Below, piece by piece: positions 27,081-33,971 of a stretch of 33,971 nucleotides of DNA. Source of the stretch: an uncultured Methanosarcinales archaeon (GTDB taxonomy: Archaea > Nanobdellota > Nanobdellia > Woesearchaeales > DATDXC01). The position numbers and the translations under genes were made by a program. The stretch's first letter is position 1; each line of letters starts with the position of its first letter. The stretch is taken from positions 1 through 33,971 of the forward strand of contig CAZDZV010000015.1 of the NCBI GenBank assembly GCA_964510025.1, in the 5' to 3' direction. The notes beneath the pieces were generated by a model. It saw only the letters and a list, made by a program, of their open reading frames with translations, did no database searches and was not told where the DNA came from.

Positions 27081-27680
27081 TTACATTATCTCTTTTTTCC
27101 TTTTTTCAAATTCTTTTTTGGATATTTCCCCTTTTGCATACCTTTCTTTTAATATTTTAAGCGCATTTTGTTTTTTCTTAGGCTTTGATTTTTGCACTAC
27201 CCAATAGATAATCCAGATTACTGCACCCCAAAAGAGAACCATTATGACGACACCAAAAAATCCAAATCCCCAGAACATATTGCCATACCCAGGATACATC
27301 ATATGGCCCCATCCAATATCATTAGAGGTATCTGTTCCCATCATACCATATGAACCCATCATAGGCATAGCCTGGGCTGGAAGCTCGCCATTCTCAAGAT
27401 AGTAAGGGTACATATTTTTGCCCATATTAATATGGACTTGGCGAAGTTCAGCTGAACCTTCTCCACCCATCATTTGATCCATATAATCATGATTCTCACC
27501 AGTCATCTGGTCCATAAAATAATCTCCCAATAGTTCAAACTGGTCATCTGTCAAGTCTTCATATGGGATTCTTTGTTCGATTATTGACTGAGCTTCTGAA
27601 AAATCATCATGATTAGAATCGGCAAATACAATTGTGCTCATTATCAATACCAAATACAGTATGCTCAAGAATTTTTTCAT
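27081..27680 (-). CDS. Secreted/membrane Met-His-rich protein with C-terminal SHOCT domain
   Basis: Signal peptide MKKFLSIL...; HDYMDQMMGGEGS; GMMG/GHMM repeats; TM helix; ALKILKERYAKGEISKKEFE SHOCT. TTTAAGTA TATA at ~27714-27721. Confidence 0.85.
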   Translation of the reverse strand: MKKFLSILYLVLIMSTIVFADSNHDDFSEAQSIIEQRIPYEDLTDDQFELLGDYFMDQMTGENHDYMDQMMGGEGSAELRQVHINMGKNMYPYYLENGELPAQAMPMMGSYGMMGTDTSNDIGWGHMMYPGYGNMFWGFGFFGVVIMVLFWGAVIWIIYWVVQKSKPKKKQNALKILKERYAKGEISKKEFEKRKKEIM

Positions 27681-27878
27681 GAATACCCCCCAAATGATAG
27701 CCAATATGTGTGTTTACTTAAATCTTTTCATTAATATAATTCCGCTCTTCCCGACATGCTCCCCAAAAGCTTTAAATATTCCTATTCGTCTGCTTTCTTA
27801 GACCAGAGAAAAGTTGTCCATTCCCGACTTTATAGGTGAGCTAACTGACAAGGCCGAACAGCTGAAAAAAAACTGCCG

Positions 27879-27904
27879 GGTTGGAAAGCCAAGACCTTCC
27901 AACC
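27879..27904 (-). terminator. Hairpin followed by T-tract downstream of the CxxC-x17-CxxC gene
   Basis: GGTTGGAA-10nt-TTCCAACC perfect stem, then T8 on the minus strand. Confidence 0.45.
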
Positions 27905-27911
27905 TTAAGGC

Positions 27912-28052
27912 TTAGAATCTTCTTGGTTTTTTCTTTCTATAACATTCTTTGCAATAGACAGGTCTGCCTTCTGCTGGTTTGAAAGGAACTTCACAATCGC
28001 AACCGCAATCTGCGCATTTTGCCTTATGCATCTCTCGTTCTCCAAATGACAT
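27912..28052 (-). CDS. CxxC-x17-CxxC zinc-ribbon protein (46 aa; not in ORF track)
   Basis: Translated by hand: MSFGEREMHKAKCADCGCDCEVPFKPAEGRPVYCKECYRKKKPRRF*. AGGGG RBS; TTTATAAA TATA at 28110-28117. Confidence 0.92.
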   Translation of the reverse strand: MSFGEREMHKAKCADCGCDCEVPFKPAEGRPVYCKECYRKKKPRRF

Positions 28053-28130
28053 TCTTGTTTCCCCCTATTCACAACTGCTGTTGTGCTGCTCCTGTAGAAC
28101 ATGTTGCCCTTTATAAAGGTTTTCCTTAGT

Positions 28131-28299
28131 CAAGGCATGTCAAAGGCACACATCTAGGCGCAATCCACCTTTTTGCACAATGACGGTAATGCAGTCAGCC
28201 GGTCACTGCCTTCTGGCTGCCCTCCCTTCGCAACAAATTCAGCCTGATAGGGCTAATCCCGCAGAAAAAATGCATCCCAAAAATCCTTTCAAGAGCCTA
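28131..28299 (-). ncRNA. Candidate ~170-nt rod-like structured RNA (possibly a divergent Alu-less SRP RNA)
   Basis: TTTATAGC TATA ~30 nt upstream; nested end-to-end pairings with G-U pairs on the minus strand; apical GCC-AGAA-GGC hairpin; no convincing ORF. Confidence 0.35.
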
Positions 28300-28331
28300 A
28301 GAAAATATCCCTGTTGGGATAGCTATAAACC

Positions 28332-28811
28332 TTAGTTTATATAGTTCGTGTTTCTTCTGTCGATGCCGTGCACAAACTCGATATATGGTTCCTGCATCCT
28401 GAAATCACTCTTGGGAAACAGGTCTGGCAGGCTCTGTGACAGCCTGCTTATCATATGTGTCTTTCCGAAGTGGCTGTCTGTTATCATAGCTACAGTGTCC
28501 CTTGTTTCCTGTTCATCATAGGAGCCAACAGCATGCACATATTCATGCAACAGGACATGGAAGAGATAATAGTTGTACAGCCCGGGATTTTTGCTTGCTA
28601 CTTTATTCAAAGCCCTCTTATTTATGATGATCGCATTTGCATTCAAGCTATAAAAGGCACCCACATAACTACCGCCATAATTCCCAAGATCCGCCAATCC
28701 GACCATCAGGCCCGCATGGCTCTTACCCAGATATTCCCTTACGATAGTCTGCACTATCTCAAATATTTCCGCTATCGTTTTTGCGTTCCTTATATTTTTT
28801 TCATAGCTCAT
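28332..28811 (-). CDS. Putative zinc metallopeptidase (HExxH)
   Basis: YVGAFY...IIIN...FHVLLHEYVHAVGSYDE; start uncertain (28811-28838). Confidence 0.75.
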   Translation of the reverse strand: MSYEKNIRNAKTIAEIFEIVQTIVREYLGKSHAGLMVGLADLGNYGGSYVGAFYSLNANAIIINKRALNKVASKNPGLYNYYLFHVLLHEYVHAVGSYDEQETRDTVAMITDSHFGKTHMISRLSQSLPDLFPKSDFRMQEPYIEFVHGIDRRNTNYIN

Positions 28812-28868
28812 TGTATAAATCTCCATGCCAAGATACACATATATTTTATATAAAGATTATCCTTGATA

Positions 28869-29294
28869 TCAAGGCTCTTTGCTCAATAGTTTCCTTATTT
28901 CTTTCTTTTTCTTTGTTTCCTGTCTGAAAGCTCTCGGTCTTACCGATGCAGGAGCCTGCAGCACACTTACTTCTATTGGCGGAGGTGTGCGTCTTTTTTC
29001 GGGCAGCAGCTCCTTGTCTTTAACCTGCCATGGTTTCCCCTTTGGTTTATCTACTGCGTATTCCGCTGACTGCTTTTCGTATCCCAAAGCCATTTTTTTA
29101 GGTGCAGTGGCCGGCTTTCTCCTAGGCGCTGCCACATCCGCTATTTTTGGAACCCCATGTAATGGCTGCCTCTTCCTGGCCGGTTCCTGCTGCCTATACT
29201 GCAGAATCCTGTCCAGTGTTTCTCCTTTCACCTTTTTTACAGCTTTTTTAATTTCTTTTTTATCCTGCATTTGCTTTTCCAGAAATTTTTCCAC
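28869..29294 (-). CDS. Basic low-complexity K/R/P-rich hypothetical protein
   Basis: 141-aa ORF (alternative start 29270) overlapping the end of the polymerase gene; fills an otherwise empty gap. Confidence 0.5.
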   Translation of the reverse strand: MEKFLEKQMQDKKEIKKAVKKVKGETLDRILQYRQQEPARKRQPLHGVPKIADVAAPRRKPATAPKKMALGYEKQSAEYAVDKPKGKPWQVKDKELLPEKRRTPPPIEVSVLQAPASVRPRAFRQETKKKKEIRKLLSKEP

Positions 29295-30091
29295 GGATTT
29301 TTCCTTCTTTTTAGGATGTTTTGTATGTTGAACCTCTGGCTGGAGTCAGTATCTCTAAGCTCATCCCATCCAACGGGGCAAGCTACAGGGGCTTTCTCTC
29401 GTGCCCTTACAGCATATGGTGCCACCGCTGTCTGAGCATAGGAATTTCTCAGATAGTCTATGAATATCCGCTTGCCTCTCTTATTTTTTCTTTGCTCCAA
29501 TGTGTATTTCTTTTCATCCTTTTCCACCAATGCCTGTGCAATATCTCTAGCCCAGTCCCTAACAATGCTGAACTGCTCCATTGGCTTCAGCGGCACAGCC
29601 ACATGGAGCCCCTTCGAGCCTGTAGTTTTTACAAATGATGCTGTTTCCATGCCATCCAGCACATCCTTAAGGTCCTTTGCAGCATCCTTTACCTTTGAGA
29701 ATGTGGATTTTCCAGGGTCGAGATCAAATATCATCTGATCGGGAAATCCCAGCTTCTGCCTCCTGCTGAGCCAGGGATGCATCGTCAGCGTTCCCTGGTT
29801 TACTATATATATCAACGTACTCTTATTGCTGCATACCACCAGCTGTTCTTTCCCATCCTGCCGTTTCTCCACATCTACAGTCTGCACCCAGCCAGGGAAA
29901 TAATCAGGCACCTGCTTTTGGTAAAATCCGTTTTCCTCTATGCCATCAGGGTATCTTTTCATGACTAGGGGCCGGTCTTTCAGGAAAGGTATTATTCTAT
30001 TATATATCTTCTTATAGTATTCTATAACTTCACCTTTTGTTATTCCGCCTGGAAAAAACTCTTTTTCTTCATTAGATGTCTCTACCTTCAT
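29237..30091 (-). CDS. LigD-type primase-polymerase (stand-alone NHEJ Pol domain)
   Basis: TKGEVIEYY, KRYPDG, FYQK, PDQMIFDLDP, KTTGSKGLHV, IFIDYLRN, VAPYAVRA. Confidence 0.95.
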   Translation of the reverse strand: MKVETSNEEKEFFPGGITKGEVIEYYKKIYNRIIPFLKDRPLVMKRYPDGIEENGFYQKQVPDYFPGWVQTVDVEKRQDGKEQLVVCSNKSTLIYIVNQGTLTMHPWLSRRQKLGFPDQMIFDLDPGKSTFSKVKDAAKDLKDVLDGMETASFVKTTGSKGLHVAVPLKPMEQFSIVRDWARDIAQALVEKDEKKYTLEQRKNKRGKRIFIDYLRNSYAQTAVAPYAVRAREKAPVACPVGWDELRDTDSSQRFNIQNILKRRKNPWKNFWKSKCRIKKKLKKL

Positions 30092-31008
30092 TCTTTCCTC
30101 ACCTTTTTGGGCGGCTTGTCTCTACGGAGTCCGTTGAAGCTTGGATGGCGCAGCTTTCCGTCATGTGTCCATTCAGTGAATTTGACCTCGCATACAAGTT
30201 CAGGCTTTACCCAATTAGCATTTTTTGCCTTGACTGAATCTTTAAAAGGCTTTTTCTCCTGGCTTATCCCCTTAAGCTTGTCTCCAAGCGCCTTTAGCAT
30301 CTCATCGTTGAAGCCTGTGCCAACCATCCCTGCATACTTCAGCTTGCCTCCTTCATAATATCCCAGTAGCAGCGCACCAAACCCAATCCTGCTTCCCTTA
30401 GGATCCGTATAACCTCCTATGACAAATTCCTGCTCATCTACACACTTGAACTTAAGCCATTTTTTGGACCTGCTATGCACATACTTATATTTAGAGTCCT
30501 TTGCGATTATGCCTTCCCATCCCTTTGAACACGCTTCCTTATGGTACTTTAAGCCATCTTTCCGCCTATACCTTAGATATCGTACCGGATCATCGAAATT
30601 GAGGCTTTTCAGTCTTTTCTTCCTTTCTTCCAGGGCGAGCTCCCGCAGATCCTCTCCATTTTGGAAAAGAATGTCAAACAGATAGTAAAATACCTTTATC
30701 GATCTGTCTGGTTTTTTAGCATGCATCCTGGGCTGCAGCTTCGCAAAGCTTGTTTTCCCCCTGTCAAAAGCCACTATCTCTCCATCGACGATGAAACTCC
30801 CTTTGATTCTGTCCAGCGCATCGATGATCTCAGGATAGTTGTTGTTGGCTTTTTTCCTGTTTCTTGTCATAAGCTTAGTTGCTTTATCCTTAAAGCCGAG
30901 GCATCTTTCGCCATCCAGCTTTCTTTCATATATCCAATCCTCATCAGCGAAATAATCCTCTGTCAAGGTTGCCAGCATCGGTTCCACCCATTCCGGTTGT
31001 TTAGCCAT
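30088..31008 (-). CDS. LigD-type ATP-dependent DNA ligase (stand-alone)
   Basis: EPMLAT, YERKLDGER, VDGEIV, FDIL, EGIIAK, WLKFK, GTGF, LRHPSF. Confidence 0.95.
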   Translation of the reverse strand: MAKQPEWVEPMLATLTEDYFADEDWIYERKLDGERCLGFKDKATKLMTRNRKKANNNYPEIIDALDRIKGSFIVDGEIVAFDRGKTSFAKLQPRMHAKKPDRSIKVFYYLFDILFQNGEDLRELALEERKKRLKSLNFDDPVRYLRYRRKDGLKYHKEACSKGWEGIIAKDSKYKYVHSRSKKWLKFKCVDEQEFVIGGYTDPKGSRIGFGALLLGYYEGGKLKYAGMVGTGFNDEMLKALGDKLKGISQEKKPFKDSVKAKNANWVKPELVCEVKFTEWTHDGKLRHPSFNGLRRDKPPKKVRKE

Positions 31009-31549
31009 TTTTTATCTGCTCCAGGGTCTTTCCTGATTTAGCTGATTTAGGTTCAGAGTTGACAGGGTTTTTTCTTTTATCGGCATGATCATCCTTTATC
31101 TTCATGAACAGCCACCCTTTCCTTGCCCTCATATTTATGAGAGCAAAGCCGCCTTTCAGCTTTTTTCCCTTCAGTTCCAGCTTGATATGCCCTTTTTTGT
31201 AGCCCTCCATCAGGCTTTTTTCATCCAGGTTCCTGTAGGTGCCTTTATCCCATACCATGACAGTTCCTGCACCATATTCGCCTTCAGGTATTACTCCCTC
31301 AAAGTCAGCATAGTCCAGCGGATGGTCTTCAGTAGGCATGGCCAGCCTTTTTACAGATGGGTCATAAGAAGGCCCCTTCGGGATAGCCCATGATTTCAGC
31401 ACTCCGTCCAGCTCAATCCTGAAATCATAATGCAGGTTGGAAGCATCATGCTTCTGTACCACGAACAAATTTTTTGATTTTTTCTTGCTGCCTTTTGGCT
31501 CATCTGTTTTGTTGAAATCCCTTTTCTTCCTGTATTCATCAAGCCTCAT
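31001..31549 (-). CDS. LigD-type 3'-phosphoesterase (stand-alone PE)
   Basis: YRKKRDFNKTDEP, FVVQKHDA..LHYDFRIE, SWAIPKGPS, EDHPLDY..FEG.IP...YGAG..WDKG. Confidence 0.95.
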   Translation of the reverse strand: MRLDEYRKKRDFNKTDEPKGSKKKSKNLFVVQKHDASNLHYDFRIELDGVLKSWAIPKGPSYDPSVKRLAMPTEDHPLDYADFEGVIPEGEYGAGTVMVWDKGTYRNLDEKSLMEGYKKGHIKLELKGKKLKGGFALINMRARKGWLFMKIKDDHADKRKNPVNSEPKSAKSGKTLEQIKNG

Positions 31550-32298
31550 TTCTGCACCTTTGGGCAATAGTATGTGCTTCTTCCGTTGATTACAGTTTTT
31601 TTCACCTTATTGCCCATAACACTATCACCTTCCCTGCGGTGAGGAGTTATATAGTTTCTGGGAAACTTGCTCTCATCCACGTTCGCGTCTATCGCGGTGT
31701 TCAGCACCTCTCTCATCTTTTCATAAAGCCTGCTTATCCGGTTGTCTGAAAACCTTCGGTCCTTTGGGTGGATTCTGCTCTGATACAATATCTCGTCAGC
31801 ATAGATATTGCCGATCCCGGCGATTTTCGACTGGTCCATCAGGAAGCTCTTGATACCTGCTTTCGACCGTCTTGCTAGCTCAGCAAATTTCTTCCCACTG
31901 ACATCTAAGGCATCCTCACCGATCCCCTTTAAGGCTTCATCCATGTCTTCTATAAGCTTGATCTTACCCAGCTTCCTTTTGGTTAAGATGGAAAGCGTAT
32001 ACCCGTTTGCGAAGGTGATATCTGCTCCTGAATATTCTGGCTTTTCTGACTTCCAGTAAGCCACATCGCCTGTCATGCCAAAATGGACCATCACTATCTT
32101 CTTGTTCTTGATATGGAAAAAAAGATATTTTCCATGCCTTGTTGACGATCTGAATTTTTTCTTGATAAGATGCTTCTTCAATGTAGCTTCTGAGACATCC
32201 GCAATCCTGTTTACGTTGACACTCACATCCTTTATCCTGTTATGGAGAGCTTTCCTTGCTTTTTTCCTGAAAACCTCAACATCCGGAAGCTCAGGCAT
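31546..32298 (-). CDS. Fpg/Nei-family DNA glycosylase/AP lyase
   Basis: N-terminal MPELPDVE, RHGKYL, HFGMTG, LMDQS.IAGIGNIYADEIL (H2TH), GRSTYYCP. Confidence 0.93.
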   Translation of the reverse strand: MPELPDVEVFRKKARKALHNRIKDVSVNVNRIADVSEATLKKHLIKKKFRSSTRHGKYLFFHIKNKKIVMVHFGMTGDVAYWKSEKPEYSGADITFANGYTLSILTKRKLGKIKLIEDMDEALKGIGEDALDVSGKKFAELARRSKAGIKSFLMDQSKIAGIGNIYADEILYQSRIHPKDRRFSDNRISRLYEKMREVLNTAIDANVDESKFPRNYITPHRREGDSVMGNKVKKTVINGRSTYYCPKVQK

Positions 32299-32379
32299 TT
32301 ATACCCATCCCCGTTATAGGCAACAGGAATATCGGGATTTTTCCTAAGGAGTTCTTTCTTTCTGTCCTGTATGCATCCG

Positions 32380-33129
32380 TCATTTTAGGCTTGCTTTCAG
32401 CGCTTCCACCAGATTTTCTCTCTTTATTTTTGTCTCTTTCACCGTAACTTTCTTGCCTTTTTTCTTCAGCATCTTCTCAAGTTCCTGCTCGAATGTATCC
32501 TTGAACTTGTTTACGTCAAACTTTTCCTCATACAGCTTGTCCATAAGCTGCTTCGCAAGCTCCATCCCCTTCTTTTCCAGCTTTGGCGGATTCTTAAGCT
32601 CTTCCTGCTTGTTTATCTCCCTTATCTCATATCCATAATTCAGGGTTGTCAGTAGCATGCCCTTTTTGTACGATTCGATTGCACAGACATATTCTCTCTC
32701 CCGCATTACAAACCTGCCGATAGCCACCTTTGCCGTCTGCTGCAAAACCTCCTTGAAGAGGAAATATGTCTTCTCTTTCTTTCTTTCAGGCAGCACATAA
32801 TAATGGCTGTTGAAATATATGGGGTCAAGCTGCTGGGCATCCACAAACTCCTTTATATCGATATGGTCTGTTTTCTCAGGCTTGATCCTTTCCAGTTGCT
32901 CCTTGTCTATAACATAATATTTGTTCTTTGAGACTTCAAGCCCCTTCACAATATCCTCCCATGGAACTGCCCTCTCTTTCTTAGGGTTCCACCTTATATA
33001 TCTTATAGGTGTCTTGTCCTTCCTGTCCAGGAGCCTGAATCCTGTGCTTTTGCTTTCTATGGCAGTTATGAGCTTAATAGGTATGCTCACCAAGCCGAAG
33101 CTGATTGAGCCTTTCCATACAGGCCTCAT
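32380..33129 (-). CDS. ku: Prokaryotic Ku protein
   Basis: MRPVWKGSISFGLVSIPIKL, IVKG.E, IDIKEFV, DPIYF..HYY.LP, FKDTF, NLVEALKASL. Confidence 0.96.
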   Translation of the reverse strand: MRPVWKGSISFGLVSIPIKLITAIESKSTGFRLLDRKDKTPIRYIRWNPKKERAVPWEDIVKGLEVSKNKYYVIDKEQLERIKPEKTDHIDIKEFVDAQQLDPIYFNSHYYVLPERKKEKTYFLFKEVLQQTAKVAIGRFVMREREYVCAIESYKKGMLLTTLNYGYEIREINKQEELKNPPKLEKKGMELAKQLMDKLYEEKFDVNKFKDTFEQELEKMLKKKGKKVTVKETKIKRENLVEALKASLK

Positions 33130-33404
33130 TTAAGCCCACCTACAATCACCCCGTGGGGATATGCGAACTCAACTGACTTCATGATCATCCTGTGGATTTC
33201 CTGAGTTTCCTCGCTTGTGTATTTCTGAAGCTTACGGCAGGGCACAAAATACCTCATAGATACCGTTATGCCGTTCGTCGTGAAGAATGTTTTTGGATAC
33301 GTTTGCATCTTATGTCCGAGCTTTTTGACTATTTTATTGGCTGCTGATAGACTATATACATCTGCTCTTTGTGCCATGGCCCCACAACTAGTATAATGTC
33401 CCAA
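33126..33404 (-). CDS. Hypothetical protein
   Basis: 92-aa ORF with ATGA coupling to ku. Confidence 0.5.
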   Translation of the reverse strand: MGHYTSCGAMAQRADVYSLSAANKIVKKLGHKMQTYPKTFFTTNGITVSMRYFVPCRKLQKYTSEETQEIHRMIMKSVEFAYPHGVIVGGLK

Positions 33405-33678
33405 TCAGACGGCCCCCTGAGTATGCTATTATTGTTCCCGCTAATCCTAGAGCGACACCTGTCACAATGAACCTTTTTGCCCTTTCGGTTTCCTTCTTTA
33501 CAGCAAATACCAGGCTTATTGCCGCATTCACAAGGAATAGTGCGATTGAGGCATATGTTAGGTATATTGAGAAGACAAGCCCATGGAAACTTCCTAGTTC
33601 AAGGTACACGTCAAAAAAAAATATCGCCGCGGCTAATGCGGCTAATATGGTCCGTTCTGCTAATATTAGCTTTTTCAT
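33388..33678 (-). CDS. Small three-TM membrane protein
   Basis: Three hydrophobic segments; overlaps the next ORF. Confidence 0.6.
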   Translation of the reverse strand: MKKLILAERTILAALAAAIFFFDVYLELGSFHGLVFSIYLTYASIALFLVNAAISLVFAVKKETERAKRFIVTGVALGLAGTIIAYSGGRLIGTLY

Positions 33679-33897
33679 TTCTCACAGCTGAATTTCTTCA
33701 TCTTGTTGTCCGGATCGATGGGTCCCTCGCAAAGATCATCTTCTTTTTCTCTCGACCCGCATACACCATGCGTCTGTCTTACCATTTTTGATGCTCCTCA
33801 TGCAATATAATGCATGATTTCTTGTCCCCGTTCCGGTATAGATACTGCTCCAGAGGTATTGTAAGGCCATCCTTGCAGCTTATCCATATGTTGGCTC

Positions 33898-33971
33898 TCA
33901 TCTTAGCAATATGATCTTATCGTCACCTGGCTTAGGTATCCCTCTTCCATCACGGTTGCTCGTGGATACAT
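33898..33971 (-). CDS. C-terminus of a PQQ-dependent glucose/sorbosone dehydrogenase-like protein (partial, runs off the window)
   Basis: Hand translation ...VSTSNRDGRGIPKPGDDKIILLR* matches the characteristic C-terminal TSNRDGRG...DD motif. Confidence 0.7.
   Translation of the reverse strand, partial: VSTSNRDGRGIPKPGDDKIILLR

Noticed and set aside
25769..27734. TTCATTAA direct repeat around the AT-rich islet as a TSD
   Set aside because: An 8-bp AT-rich match is expected by chance, and there are no adjacent inverted repeats.
27800..27915. RNase P RNA or C/D box sRNA
   Set aside because: GAGAAAAGTT only loosely resembles GAGGAAAGUCC, there is no P4 partner, and there is no RUGAUGA C box.
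27905..28102. 65-aa ORF from the ORF track
   Set aside because: Wrong frame; the overlapping 27912-28052 frame encodes a recognisable CxxC-x17-CxxC protein with an RBS.
1..33971. tRNA, rRNA, CRISPR or prophage/viral genes
   Set aside because: No cloverleaf or rRNA signatures, repeat-spacer arrays, or capsid/terminase/integrase motifs were seen by eye.

Overview
Archaeal chromosomal DNA (TFB, RNase P Rpp21, HemK2, class III pilin, TATA/BRE promoters). By inference it comes from a DPANN/Woesearchaeota-like organism, and it carries many bacterial-type genes (nrdR, coaD/coaE, metK, Ku, LigD domains, Fpg). Left: an NrdR-box-controlled class III ribonucleotide reductase locus whose NrdD has a fused C-terminal glutaredoxin-like CxxC domain, followed by small redox proteins, dCMP deaminase, housekeeping genes and tfb. 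At 8993-14127 lies an intact 5.1-kb single-transposase cargo transposon with IS903-like GGCTTTGT ends, a perfect 9-bp target duplication (GCTTTATCT) and asymmetric subterminal repeats. It encodes a SWIM-finger DDE transposase, AbrB-like and HTH regulators, and a two-subunit BcgI-like restriction-modification system, and it is inserted between a stop codon and the tfb promoter. Middle: pilin/membrane genes, coaE-coaD, a phosphoesterase, a B12 radical SAM enzyme, regulators, a NitT/TauT ABC transporter, two orphan genes (one with a sigma-70 region-2-like N-terminus), metK, four bulged DNA hairpins and an AT-rich permease islet. After these come a small Zn-ribbon gene missed by the ORF track and a candidate ~170-nt rod-shaped ncRNA. 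Right: a complete split NHEJ cluster (Ku, Fpg/Nei, phosphoesterase, ligase, primase-polymerase). All calls come from motif reading alone; no searches were run.
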